A stretch of DNA of 64,000 bases from the human T2T-CHM13v2.0 reference genome, Homo sapiens, in the NCBI RefSeq assembly GCF_009914755.1, contig NC_060928.1. One strand, written 5' to 3'. How positions within the stretch are numbered: the stretch's first letter is position 1; every line of letters begins with the position of its first letter. This document shows, in pieces, positions 16,941 to 47,929 of this stretch. The notes under the pieces were generated by a model. That model saw only the letters and a list, made by a program, of their open reading frames with translations. It searched no databases and was not told the origin of the DNA. The position numbers were made by a program, and so were the translations under genes.

Positions 16941-17751
16941 CTAAGTTAAAGGGAACAATCAGACAAACCCATGATGTGGAAGTAGTCTTGTGTGTAAAAT
17001 TTTAGATAAAGGCATTTTGTATGAAAGACACATAATATAATGCCGATCTAGGTTTAGCCTCCTTGCAGGAGGGAACACTTCTCTGAAACACTGTAGTATC
17101 TATCACTTAGTTGCCCACTTTTAGTTAAAACTAAGCATATTTTCCTACCCAATCCAAGTTTCTAGGCTTCTCCTTCTATTTTTCCTGGCAAAATGATGGT
17201 CCTAGGGAAATGGATAGAGCAAAAAATAACTTTAGCTCTGGAATGTCTGCTCTGTCTACTTATATGTGGCCTTGAACTGCCAAGGGTTTCCTAGACACTT
17301 CATGACAACCTGCCTCTCCGGTATGAACAGCATGCATTTCTAAGTAATGAGTTATTTTTGTTTTGAAAAGTCTACCTTTGAAAGGAAAGGAAGATCAGCA
17401 TATAATCTCTTAATATAACTATTCCAGAAAGGAAATGACATTTTATTTTAAAATCATTTGTCCAATGAAACTGTATCAGCAGAGGAGGGATTGGCATGTT
17501 TTGAACACTTCCTATGTGCCAAGAACTTGCCAACATTTTATACAATTAGCTTACTAAATCCCCACACTAACCCCATGGGGTTTGTAAGGTTTCCATTATT
17601 CCACAAATGTGGCAACTGAGAAATCAAGTAACTCATCCAGTGCTTTAATGAGCTCATATTTGTCACATGGCCAATTATGCATTTACTTTTCTCTACTCAC
17701 AAAAGCAATTAACATAAACACACATAAATTTTTTTTAACCTAATGTCATTA

Positions 17752-17886
<135 letters not shown>

Positions 17887-18174
17887 TTAAAACAAGATGT
17901 GTAAAGCATTAACTTAGATAAGTCTCTTTTTTATTATTTAAGGCCTAAAGAAATAAATATTCCACAAAAAATATATGTTCTTAAAAGGCAGTTTCCAGTG
18001 ACATTTTCAGAAGTACTGCTTTAAAACATACTTACGTCCTTTGAGTGATCCAGCTTATCTTTCTCTATAATGTATCAATAAATCACCATAAAACCAAGAG
18101 CACAACTTATAATTTCCAAATATATTGACTTTTTCTAGTTAATACTTCAGAAAGCTATTATGAGAACCAAGTTA

Positions 18175-18458
18175 GGCCAGGAGCAGTGGCTCACGCCTGT
18201 AATCCCAGCACTTTGGGAAGCCTAGGCAGGCAGATCACCTGAGGTCAGGAGTTCGAGACCATCCTGGCCAACATGGCGAAACCCTGTCTCTACTAAAATT
18301 ACAAAAAACTAGCCAGGCGTGGTGGCGGGTGCCTGTAATCCAAGCTACTAGGGAGGCTGAGGCAGGAGAAACACTTGAACCCAGGAGGCGGAGGTTGCAG
18401 TGAGTGGATATCCCACCACTGCACTTGCAAGATTCCGTCTCAAAAAAAAAAAAAAAAA
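18175..18458 (+). mobile_element. Alu (AluS)
   Basis: Dimer; TSD ATGAGAACCAAGTTA. Confidence 0.92.
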
Positions 18459-18724
18459 TGAGAACCAAGTTAAATAATAGACATAAAATGTTCTCACAAA
18501 CTACATTTACTGACCCTGTCTAAGAGAACACGTTAGAAAACTATCATCTATAAGTGAATATTATGCACCCAGCACTCTGCTAAGCCTTACAGGAAACTAT
18601 AACAGTGCCTGTACTTAAGGAGTCTGCAATCTGGTTGGCATTTGGTGGCTGGCTGGCAATATTGTTGAACAACTACAAGTGCTATCAGAGTTTATCTCAT
18701 AAGAAAAGATTTCAAAATGGAAAC

Positions 18725-19170
18725 AAGAACTTAATGAAGAGAAGAATAAATAAAATGTGTTGTATTCATACAATAAAATACTATTCAACAATAAAAAGGA
18801 ATGAAGTACTGATACATGCTACAACATGGATGAACTTTGAAAACATTATTATGCTAAGTGAAAGAGGCGGTCACAAAGGCCCACATATTGTATGATTCCA
18901 TTTATATGAGGTATCCAGAACAAGGAAATCCAGAGGGACAGAAAGTAAATTAGTGGTTCCTAGGGCTGGGGTAAGAATTCAGGGGCAGGAGGAGTGGGCA
19001 ATGGGAAATGACTGCTAATGGGTGTAACTTTTTGTGGGGGGATGAGGAAAATGTTCTAAAATTGATTGTGGTGATGGTTTTGTAACTGTAAGTATACTAA
19101 AAACCATTGAATTATATACCTTAAATGACTGAATTGTACAATATGTTAATTATATATCAATAAAGTATTT
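18725..19170 (+). mobile_element. L1MB-type 3' end fragment
   Basis: AAAAGGAATGAAGTACTGATACATGCTACAACATGGATGAAC...TATATCAATAAAG. Confidence 0.8.
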
Positions 19171-20487
19171 TTTTTAAAACTAGGTAGAAATGACTGGGTG
19201 GAGGCATTTCTACTCCCCTTATACCCTTTGCTCTTTGCAGGAACCCCTTACCCCTGCAAAGAGCAAAACCAAAACAAGGAAGTGCTGACAGCATGAATTA
19301 CTTTTAGGTAATCGACTCATATGTGTAATTTGGGCTGGGGAGCTAAGGAGGAAAAAGCTGGACAAATCCAAGGGGCAGAGAGGTGCGGGCAGTGTTACAG
19401 GGACAGACATCTTTCAGCTGTATTTTCACAGACAAGTGAGAAGTTTATACTTGATTTGCCAAGTAAAATAGACACTTGCTATTCTTGAACGAATACCTAT
19501 CTTGGCACAATCAATATTCTGTGATGATTAATCTAATGTTTCTAAATTGAAAAGATTGGAGAATAAAAGAACAAAGCAAGAAATTTGATTAGGCAGCTTT
19601 GGCCTCTTTCCTGGCACTCTTCTAGGCAAAGATGGAAAGATGGAAATGAGATGGAAGGGGCCAAACCAAGAGAAATGTTAAACAAAAATTTGCAAGACCC
19701 ACCCAGAACAGACTGAACACAGGAAGATGAAGAAAAGATGTAATAAGCCCAAAGCACCTTAGACATAGACTGGAAAATGGTGTTACATCAAGAAAAACAA
19801 TGAAGCTGTTAGAATATAAAGTTAGTTTTAAGGGGGAAAATCAATTGGATATGTTGAGTTCAAGGTGAAATAGAACCATTACGAAAGATATTCTAAATAT
19901 TATCTGTAAATAAAAGCCTGGAGCACAGCAGTAACTCCATGATATTGATAACAATATTCTGGCCTTTTCCCCCCTTTAAAAGACTAGTAAATAATTACCA
20001 AAAAAAAAAAATCACATAAAAGGGACAGAAGGATTTTTTTTTTCATTTAGCAGTAGTGGTGGTACCTTTGGGTAACATTCTACCTCATATGGAAATATTT
20101 GCTTATAATAACAGAACATTACTGAAAACAGTATCTGTGCTTCACCTCCTGGCTTCACCACATAGTATAGGTCAAGGTCATAGTCTCAATGGCTGGTTAG
20201 CACTACATAGGGCATAACCACTGGAAAAATGACTCCATAAGACACAATTTGGTGACTGTTGATTAGTAGCACCATCCTCATATACAAAACAAAACATAAA
20301 TAATATATTCACTTTTATAGTACAAGGCTTTCATCTTACTTAACTCTCAGATATGTAACCTAAACAAACAAAACAAAACAAAACATACAAAACAAAAAAA
20401 AAACAAACAAAACACAACATTTTTGCCCAGATAGAAAAAGAAGAAAAGTTCAAATAATAATAAAAATACACCCACAAACATACATAC

Positions 20488-20582
20488 CTAATTTCAAAGG
20501 GGATTTTAAATTCTTTGCTATAGGTCCAGTTATCCAAAGAGACCCATCTGTAGTTAAGGTCATTAAATCTGTAGTAAGAATC
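20488..20582 (-). CDS. MANBA: MANBA coding exon 2 (95 nt)
   Basis: Acceptor CAACAG|GAT, donor TAG|GTATGT; [31 protein letters not shown]; in frame with exon 1. Confidence 0.96.
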
Positions 20583-20802
20583 CTGTTGATACAAGGTAAA
20601 AATTATGGTAGATGGTTAAATATGCACAAATAAATTAATAAAACAAACATAAAATAAATTATTAACAACAGCTATTTATCACCTAAAAATTAACGAACTT
20701 TTAGCCTAGTAGTACAAAGAGGGGACAGATCGTTAATACTGAAAAATGTGAAGGGAAAATTCCAACAAATTACCTGAAATGAAATAATCCTCTGAGATAT
20801 AA

Positions 20803-20994
<192 letters not shown>

Positions 20995-21070
20995 TAACCT
21001 GTTTCACTCTCTAAATGAGCAAAGTGGGAGATCACTGTCACGGCTGAAGTTACATGGCCAAGACAAACTA

Positions 21071-21834
<764 letters not shown>

Positions 21835-21873
21835 CTACTGAGAGAACTTTTCTGGAATGTACGATTGGTTTTA

Positions 21874-24400
<2,527 letters not shown>

Positions 24401-24437
24401 GTAACAACATTGATTCTACATCTTATAGATTTTTCTA

Positions 24438-24638
<201 letters not shown>

Positions 24639-24654
24639 TCAGGTAAGACACAAT

Positions 24655-25084
24655 AAGTCTTTCTGAGTTTCTCTTATAGGGTTTAGCTTGTTAATTTCCT
24701 TATACTTTGTCCTCAAACTCAACTATCTTGTTCTTCCTTGCGCCTAGTTACCATAAACAGCCTACCCGCTTCCCGTCAGCTCTAATCAATAACTCACATC
24801 TGTTCCCTTGGTTACCTGCACCCCATGTTCCCCTGAAACTGCACATCTCACACGCTCCACCTCTGTCCCCCTCCCCTTCTATATTTAAAAAAATATGTAC
24901 AAGTAGCCAATTGGGTCAGCTCAAACTGTGCAGTCCAACCCCAGCCCAAGGGGGAGTAGCACAGAGATAGGGACTGCGTTGAGGATAAAAACCCCCTGGT
25001 CTCCTTTGTTCTCTGTGCTCTTGCGATCTTGATTGACGCAAGTGGCACCCTTCTGCAGAAGTAAATTGCCTTGCTGAAAGAATT
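24655..25084 (+). mobile_element. LTR10-family (HERV-I) LTR, truncated at the A-tail
   Basis: TAGCCAAT...GGATAAAAACCCC...GCACCCTTCTGCAGAAGTAAATTGCCTTGCTGA resembles LTR10 U3/R; left boundary approximate. Confidence 0.7.
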
Positions 25085-25429
25085 AAAAAAAAAAAAAAGA
25101 TTGGCTTCCCCTTTTAAAACCAAACACAAAACCACCAGTATCAGCAGAGAATGAAAGACTGAATCTGTGGTGTGTAGCCAGCAGTCTCTCATTGCCCTGT
25201 GGTTCTCACTGTGCTGTTTGCGCCACTATCCCAGCCAGCCTCCAGGGGGAATACTTCTCTACTGCCCAAAAGTCAGCACAACTCCCTTCCGCTCATTGGA
25301 TTCACTTAGCATTTCCAGTTATTTTTCACTTAGCTAAGTGAGCATGAAAAGGATCTCTACAGAGAATACACAGGCAGCAGAGATACTTCAAAACTTATTA
25401 ACATCAGGTTTCTTATATTATCCTACCTC

Positions 25430-25690
25430 AGGTCAGCAAACTGCCACCCACAGGCCACATTCAGCTCACTACATGTCTCTGTGTGGCTAGCAAGCTAAGT
25501 AAGAATGGACATGTGCCCATAAATAAAGTTTTACTAGAGCACAGCCATGCCCTTTCCTTTGCAATTTACATATGGCTGCTTTGGTGCTATAGTGGCAGAG
25601 TTGAGTAGACATGATGGAGACCATCTGGCCCTCGAGGTCTAAAATATTTAGTATTTAGCTATTTACTGAACGTGTTTGCTAACCCCTGCC
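25430..25690. mobile_element. MER58-like hAT DNA transposon fossil
   Basis: Termini GGTCAGCAAAC...GTTTGCTAACCCCTG; internal AATAAAGTTTTACTAGAGCACAGCCATG. Confidence 0.7.
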
Positions 25691-25812
25691 CAAGATGACT
25701 GGCCTCCTAGATGTTCATAGATGTTGCTCCATCTGAGTGTCTAGACCCAAGTCTGCCTCTTCATAAATCCTTAAGTCTTTCTTCTCCTACCCCCTTTCCA
25801 CTCTTTTTACAC

Positions 25813-26208
<396 letters not shown>

Positions 26209-27043
26209 TAGAAGGGAATTGTGCAGGCATGGAGGGGCTTCCCCTCCTTTGTCAGGGACAGATCCAAGTTATTTCCTTAGGGACCGTAACTCCAAGTCAA
26301 GAAGGAAAAGCCAACTCTGTCTAAGTTCCACACAGGTAAGAGCCAGATGAACACGTTAGGCTGGCAATGGCCAGTTAGGCAGTTGCCCAGGGCAAATCTG
26401 TAAGAAGCACTACAACATCAGTGGGAGTGTATCAAGATCAAGATAGGTATCTGCCAGAAACTGATCCAAACTGGAAGAAATATTTTGATAAGCTACTAGA
26501 GGAGAGAGTGACTGATGAGATTTAAAACAACACGTAATCACCAAACTGGCTTTTAAGGTCTGGTTAATGGTAAGGTTTTGTTCTGTTAAATGCCGTGTGC
26601 CAAGCCCAGCCAACTTATCTCCCACACAGGACTCGGCCTCTCCAATGAACAAACATGGAACACATATTTACAGACACAGGGTTGAAGAGGCACCTAATTA
26701 TTAGCATGACCATGTCATTCCCCCAAGACCTATTTATAACTCTACACTGTGGACTTAGTCCAATACAGTTAAAAATATCATGAGAAGGAAGGTGTGAGAG
26801 CAATTCAGCCACAACACATCAACACACTAAGCCCGGGGGCTGGCTGATGATCTGGTTGACGGGGCACAAGTCCCCTTCCTTTCTCCCAGCTCCCTGAAGG
26901 AATCTGCAAGTTGGTTCAAGAGGGCAATCTTCCCAGATATATTTTTTCGACACAAACATAATTTATAGGTTAAAATTTTATCTTAAAGAGGCCAATCTGA
27001 AAAACCTAAATAATGTATGATTTCAACTATATGTCATTCTGGA

Positions 27044-27793
<750 letters not shown>

Positions 27794-28169
27794 TGGAAAA
27801 GAAAAAACTATGGAGACAGTGAAAGGATCAGTGGTTACCATAGGTTAAGCAGAGGAGAAGAATGAATAAACAGAGCACAGAGAATGTTTATGGCACGGAA
27901 ATTATTCTTTACAATATTGCAATGGTGAATACAAGTCATTATACATTTGTCCAAACCCACAGCATGTACAACCAAGAATGAACCCTAATGTAAAGTGTGG
28001 ACTTTGACTGATAAAGATGTGTCAATGTCTGTTCATTGATTCTAACAAATGTACCACTCTGGTGGGGAATGTTGAAGAATGGGATGCTGTGCATGCAAGG
28101 AGGTAGGAGGTTATGTGAGAACCCTCTGTACTTTCTGTTCAATTTTGCTGTAAACCTACAAAGTCTACT

Positions 28170-29379
28170 CTTCCGGGGGAGAAGGGCAGCAGCGTGAGAG
28201 TTGGCTCTGAAGAGTGGTGAGTCAGAAGAGACCTCAGGCAGCAAGCGACTTGGGCCATGGCCTCTGACCTAGACTTCTCACCTCTGGAGGTGCCTGAGCC
28301 CACTTTCCTGGAGAACCTGCTATGGTACGGACTCTTCCTGGGAGCCATCTTCCAGCTCATCTGTGTGCTGGCCATCATCATACCCATTCCCAAGTTCCAC
28401 GAGGTGGAGGCTGAACCATCTGAGCTCAGAAGTGCTGAGGTGACGAGGAAGCCCAAGGCTACTGTTCCTTCTGTGAACAAGAGGCCCAAGAAAGAGACCA
28501 AGAAGAAGCGGTAGAAGAGGAGGCCCGAGGAGCCAGACAGGCAGGGAGAGGGCCTTGGGGACAGCCCTCCTGGGAATCTATATCCTGTTCCCCCTCTCCA
28601 TCCCAGGTTCAGGGTCTGAGGAGGCTGTGACACCCTCTGACCTCAGAGATCTAGACAGTCATGACAGTCCCCAGGCTCCAGCTGTGCAGTCCACCACTTC
28701 CTCTTCCTTCTGCTTCTGTGATGGTTTAGAGTCAAGGGGACTGAAACACACTGTGACTGTATTAGGAGGTTTGTTTAGAAGTTGGGTCAGCTCACAGAGT
28801 CACATTTTCTTACTTAGTCATGTGTCCAGCCTTGAGTCACCCCCTCCTTGTGAGTTTACATTACATTTTGGAGTCATTATCTAATGCTGACAAGCCCACC
28901 CTCTCCCATTATTTGTGCACTACAGATCTCCTGCTAATCAGTCACCTTTTTTGCTGCTGTGTAGACAGAGCCAGGCCTCACCTGTTTGTTTAGGCCAAAA
29001 CGCCATGGCCATGCAATGTTAGTGATCCCACTAGCTGCGACAGCCAGGCCCAGAAAATGCCTGACATGAGAGCCAGCAGACAGCCCAGGCCAGGGTAGGC
29101 AGTGCCTGCTTCTGCTCTATCAGGTGCAAGGGATTTGGCTGAAGGCATGCATATTTCCTGGACACAAACTTCCTGAGCTTCTGAAATGGGAGGCTCATCA
29201 ATTTCAGACCAACCTCTTTTCAACCCTTCAACCCATCATAGCACGTTCAAGGTGTGCCTTTTACTTCCACCTGTACATCCCCCATTCCTTCAATTCTTTC
29301 ATTCCCTAACCAGAGAGAGTTCCTGGGGGAAATGTGGCGAATAAACTGCATGCATGCTGAAAAAAAAAAAAAAGAAAGA
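28170..29379 (+). pseudogene. Full-length retrocopy of MANBAL (UPF0239 small membrane protein) with uninterrupted ORF 28257-28514
   Basis: 85-aa [42 protein letters not shown]...KKETKKKR recognised as MANBAL-like; intronless; AATAAA at 29340-29345; A-tail; TSD AAAGTCTACT at 28160-28169 and 29380-29389. Confidence 0.9.
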
Positions 29380-30589
29380 AAAGTCTACTAAAAATTTTTC
29401 TCTTACTAAGAGAAAATACCAAAAAAAAAAAAAAAAAGTTATAGAGGCTTAAATTACATTTAAAATAACTATTCCAAAGGCCAATCAACCAACCTAATTT
29501 GGTTCCAGGTTGGTCTGACCCTATTTGATCATACTGAAATTCTGAGCCTTATTTATAGCAAACAGCAGCTCAGGGTTACCTCTCATGACTAAGGACCCAT
29601 GTCAGCCTGAGTTGTTAAGCAAACCCATGAACCCTAAAACAAATAAAAGTATCATTTGTCAACCATTTACTATACATCAGCCTCTAAAGTAGGCACTCAT
29701 ACACTCTTATCTTCATAATAAACACGTACAGTAAATACCATTTAATAGAGGAAGAAACTAAAGCTCCAAAAAGTGAAGTAGCTTTCCTGAGGTGCCACAA
29801 CTAAGCAGAAGTATGTACACTGAGGAAAGAAACCAATCTAGTCTAACACCAAGGTCTGAATTTTTTGGACTATACTACAATGCCTCATGCTACATATACT
29901 TACACGTTTATACCAGCTGGTAACTGCAACAACAATAATAATAGTTAAAAGTTACTGCCTGTGACCCTAGTGGGGTAGGTACTATTATCATACCCATTTA
30001 CCAACAAAGACTCTAAAGCTCAACTCAAATGGCTATTAAGTGGTGGAGGACTGACTCAGAACCAGGAAAGATGGCTCCAGGGTCCATATACTTAGTCATT
30101 ACCTAGTACTACCATTAACATCACAACACCACCAATAGTTACAATGTCAGTGCTTATAAAGCAGCAGCCATGAAATAAACATGCCGTGTGTGCCTCGGCT
30201 AGTGATTTATAATTGATACTTACCATATTTACTATGTTTACTGTACATCAACAAACCATGTGTCATCAGAGCATGCAAATGACAATATCATCAGTCTCAT
30301 TTTCTCAGTAAGCTTCTGGACTCCATCATTATACCTGATTATAGATACAGAGACTACTTAACCAGGTATAGCTTTTCCACTCCCCAGTTCTGCTTCAGAC
30401 CAATGTCAGACTTTACCCCAGATACAATTACTTCGAATAGAATTAAATGGAGAAAGTTTTTTCAACTATCTTGTTTACAGGCGTTGTTTTCTTAGACACT
30501 TGGGCAAAAATAAATAAATAGATGTTAAGAAAACACTTATCAAAAACAAGCAAAATGTGGATTAGGATACATAATTATCTGGCAAACTG

Positions 30590-41018
<10,429 letters not shown>

Positions 41019-41466
41019 TGTATTAGTCAGGGTTCTCTAGAGGGACAGAACTAATGGGATATATATATATATAAAGGGGAGTTTACTAAGGAGTATTAAC
41101 TCACATGATCACAAGGTCCCATAACACGCCATCTGCAAGCTGAGAAGCAAGGAAGCCAGTCTGATTCCTAAAGGTGAAGAACTTGGAGTCTGATGTTTGA
41201 GGGTAGGAAGCATCCATCATGGGAGAAAGATAGAGGCTGGGAGGATAAGCCACTATAGTCTTTTCATGTTCTTCTGCCTGCTTTTTATTCTGGCTTTGCT
41301 GGCAGCTGATTAGATTGTGCCCATCCAGATTAAAGGCAGGTCTGCCTTTCCCAGTCCACTGAGTCAAATGTTAATCTCCTTTGACAACACCCTCACAGAC
41401 ACACCCAGGATTAGTACTTCGTATCTTTCAATCCAATCAAGTTGACACTCAGTATTAACCATCACA
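41019..41466 (-). mobile_element. MLT2A1/A2 5' LTR of the HERV-L
   Basis: Minus strand starts TGTGATGGTTAATACTGAGTGTCAAC and ends GAACCCTGACTAATACA; short (TA)n near the 3' end. Confidence 0.9.
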
Positions 41467-42532
41467 ATGTTTCATTCAGAAGCTATAGTCTCCAAACTTC
41501 AGTTTCTCCTCTGTCAAATAGGATCTTCAGCTATGATTCTTACTTCAAAGGGTACACAGGTACAAGAGATCCCCAGCCCACGAGTCTGGCAACATGTTTT
41601 GGTCAGCCTTAACATTATCTTTTTCTAAAATCCTTAAATTAGTAAATATTGCTTCCCATCTAACATAGCTCTAAGTGAAAAAAGTTGCAGTTTAAGGAGA
41701 GTCCTAATTTTCTGACCAAAGAGACTAAAACTTAAAAGGGAAAACAAGACAAACTATTTGCTTGGCCCACTACAAGTCCCAGGCATTATGCAAGGTTTTC
41801 AAGGAGACACAGAGACAAGTGACACCTGACTGAAGTGTAGCGGTGGGGTTCCCAGGACTGGACCTCATGAAAGGTTAGAATAAATGCCTGCAGACAGATT
41901 CCTAGCTGATAGGAAGAGTCAGAGGAGATCACACTTGCTCAGGGAGTGAGGCTGGGCAGCTACATGGTTCCACTGCCTCTGAGATGAAGCCAGGAGGTGA
42001 CTGGAGCTGACATGTGGAAGAGGCAGTTGGTGAAACCTTTTCTGCATGGGTTTGATCCCCAGCTTAATCCTAATACCTGTGAGTCTTTGTGAAGCTCAAA
42101 AAACATCTCTGTACACCTGTTTTCTCAGTTCTTGAATGGAGATAGTAATCATACCTACATGCCTCACAGGATCAGTACAAGGAGTGCATGAGACAATTAT
42201 GAAGAGTGCTTAGAACAGTTCTTGGTACATAGTGTGCACTCAAAAATGATAGCTATCTTTTCTATTACATGTACTGATCTGAAATGATGTCTAAGATATA
42301 TTAAGTTAAAGAAAAAGGTCAATATAAAACTATATATATATATAGAATGCAATCATCTGTGGGGGGAAAATACATGTATCTATATATGATATCTGTCTGT
42401 ATATGTTTATAACATCTATGGAAGAATACACAAGAAACCGGTTAATCATGGTTGTTTCTATAGAAGGGAACTGGACCTAGAAGACAGGGATGCTTTTCAT
42501 AACATAGCCTACCTTTAAAACTGTTTACTATT

Positions 42533-42859
<327 letters not shown>

Positions 42860-44528
42860 CTAAATGTCATTAAGATTAATTTATCTCTTTTTTTAAAAAA
42901 AAGAAAACAATGAGCTAGGTTGATAGCGGTAGAAATGTTAAGGAATGGTTATAAGACAGTATAGATGGGACTTAAAAGATCCAGTACCTAACAACAGACG
43001 TGAGAAAAAAAAACAAAAAACTGTAACCAAGATTCTAGGCTTAGTTTCCTGAGAAAATACTTATGCTTTTATTATAAATAGGTAAAATAAGAGAAAGTAA
43101 GGGTTGGGAGAATTGAGAGAAGAAATATTTGGATATATGGAGTTTCATATGCCATGAAGACATTCAGGTAGGAGAGTTGAACAGAATTTCTAGCTGGAAA
43201 TCAAGTGAGATGTGGTGGTTAGACACAAGCATTTCAGCAATTGTGGCACAGAAGTGATGGCTGAAACAAAGAGAATTCCAAGAGACGGAGAATACAGAAA
43301 GAAGTGATATATGAATTAACCCTGAGAAAATGTTTACATTTTTTGAGAGCTTTTAGCAAATGGGGTGCTTTTAGTGGCATATTTTGAACAAAAGTATATT
43401 GTACTCATGTCTCTATTTTCATCAGACACATTTAAATTAAAATAACTGTTCCATTTGTTTACTATTTACTGTTTCTGCCAATAGGCAGCGTGCAATGGTG
43501 AAAAGAACATCGGGGTTTGAATCCTTGCTCCACCATCCATTATATGCATCATCTTAGGCAATAACTTTGCTGAGCCTCAGTCACTGTGAATTATTATACC
43601 TTTTCCAGAGGGTTGTTGCTGAAATTATATGAACAAGTGCACATGAAAGGGCCAAGAAAAGTGCATCACACGTGGAAGACATAAAATAAATGTTACATGA
43701 AAATGAATTGTATAGGCTGACTACATGCATTAATACTTATACATGATAAGGACCAGCCAACGCTTACCTAAAAATTTAGCTCTCAGGTGGTCCTTTGATT
43801 TTCAGTTCGGGGCCACGCAAAGCAAATCCTCCCATACCCTAAATACACCTCATGTGGCATCAAACAAGAAAGTATATGTCCAGGTTTAAGGATCAGGATT
43901 TTTTAAACTATCTGTTTTTTTTAAATGAGGGCTTAAAAACCTTGGACTTCTCTCTTCCCAGAAATTGAGCAACATTATTAATTGATGACTATTTCTGTTT
44001 AAATTAAATTTCAAATGCAGAGTCATTAGCTATTTTATCTCCTTAATGTCACACCTGATAGAAGCAGTCAAACTTTTTTTTTTAATTTTACTTTAAGTCA
44101 GTCAAACTTTTAGAAGAAGACATACATATCTTTAAAGGGTCATTTCCTAAAAAGCTTTTGAGATCATTTCACATCATAAAATGATCACGTAAAGCCAAAT
44201 ATTTCCTTAGTTTTTTTTTTATTTAAAAAACATTTTTTATCATTCTCAGTATTCAAACAAATATTTCATCCTTACAAGTCTTAAGATCTCTGTGGAAGGT
44301 TAGTATAACAACCAGAAAACCTTCTGTTTTGAGAAAAAATGTATGTTTAGTCATTTTGGATTATAATAATGGGACTCTCTTCTCTGAAACACATCAAAAA
44401 TATTTCACAAGTCATAATGGTTCTGTGGTTATGTTGAAGAAAAAGGAACTCCCTATCTTTTAAAGACCCATACTGAAATGTTTGTGGATGAAATAATGTG
44501 ATAACTGGGATTACTTTATAATACTAAG

Positions 44529-44830
44529 GGCGCCAGGAGCAGCGGTTCACACCTGTAATCCCTACACTTTGGGAGGCCGAGGTGGGAATATCGCTTGAGC
44601 CTGGGAGTTTGAGACCAGCCTGTGCAACATAGGGAGACTCTGTCTCTACAAAAAAGAAACAAATTAGCTGGGTATGGTGGTGTGTACCTGTAGTCCTAGC
44701 TACTTGGGAGGCTGAGGTGGGAGGATAGCTTGAGTCCAGGAGGTTAAGCCTGCAGTGAGCCATGACCACGCCACTGCACTTCAGCCTGGGTGACAGAGTA
44801 ATACCCTATCTCAAAAAACAAAAAAAATGA
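44529..44830 (+). mobile_element. Alu (AluJ-like) inside an old L1M 3' fragment
   Basis: Full dimer. Confidence 0.88.
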
Positions 44831-45142
44831 TAACAAAACAAAATAATAAGGGATGGCATAGTGGATAGAGAAGAAACAAAATTAGCCACGAATTGATCAT
44901 GTTGAAGCCAGGTGATGGATACATGAAATTTCATTTTGCAAGTATCTCTATTTTACTATTTGTTTGAAATTCACCCAAAGTTTAACAAAATTCACATAGA
45001 AACTGCTTATTTGCTACTTAAAGAATACAAAAGTAGAATGTACACTGATGCACATATATTGTTAGAATGTACTTATGAGTGATAACCTGCAGATTGGAGA
45101 CTCCATAGACAGACTCATGGCTCCTTAGAAAGAATGATTGTG

Positions 45143-46732
<1,590 letters not shown>

Positions 46733-47696
46733 AAAGAATGATTGTGACTAGCTTGTTAATCACATGTATAGCTACTATGATGTACTCTTACAGTTTATAG
46801 TTAATTAACTTACACATCTAAAATATATCTTTCTCTGGCCATTTGTCCCAATTGCATGTGAAGAATATAAGGTAATAATAAAATTTACGGAAAAAGTACT
46901 AAGTATCTGTTGCCTACCACTTTTTAGTATATGTGTATATTTATATACTTATAATTTTTATTTTCAAGTGTAGATTTTGAATAAGAACACATCTTTATAA
47001 TGGGGTGTATGAAGCTATTTGCAATAATCCTGGATCTATATTTACAGACACAGACAAATATATTCATGATATGTTTTAAATGTTAAAGTAGCTAATAAAA
47101 CCACCTTAGGGGATGATTTCATTTTTATGTTATATTTGTCTCTATATACTTAGAAAAAAATGTGGAAAGATAAACACTTTTTTACAGTGGTCTTTTTCTG
47201 CTTTATATTATGTGTTTTATTGGTTTTTCTTCCTTCTTTATATTTTCTGTATTTCTTTTATCCAATGAACACTACATAAATACGTATTTTTAAAAGAATT
47301 TTAATCATGTAACCTTTCTAAAGATTAAAAGAGAAGGAATAACAATATTATATCAGTATATGCGAATTTAGTGCATGATAAAAGTAATATATCAGCGGAC
47401 AAAAGAGAAATTCTTCAAATCATGAGTTATAGGCAACCAATTAACTATTTGGAAGAAACCTCAAATGAATCAAAATTTTAAATATAGGAACTATAAAGAT
47501 AGCTGAGAGGAATTATTTTTAAGCAAACTACCAAAGACAGAAACAATCATAAAAGGAAAACAAAAGATTTCAACATACACAGCTTTAAAACATCCATATG
47601 ACAAAATACTTCATTAATAAATGGGACATTTGGGGATTTAGTTTTAATTTGAATTTTTGAAAATATATAACAAAGGGGCCTTATAAATCTATATTA

Positions 47697-47929
<233 letters not shown>

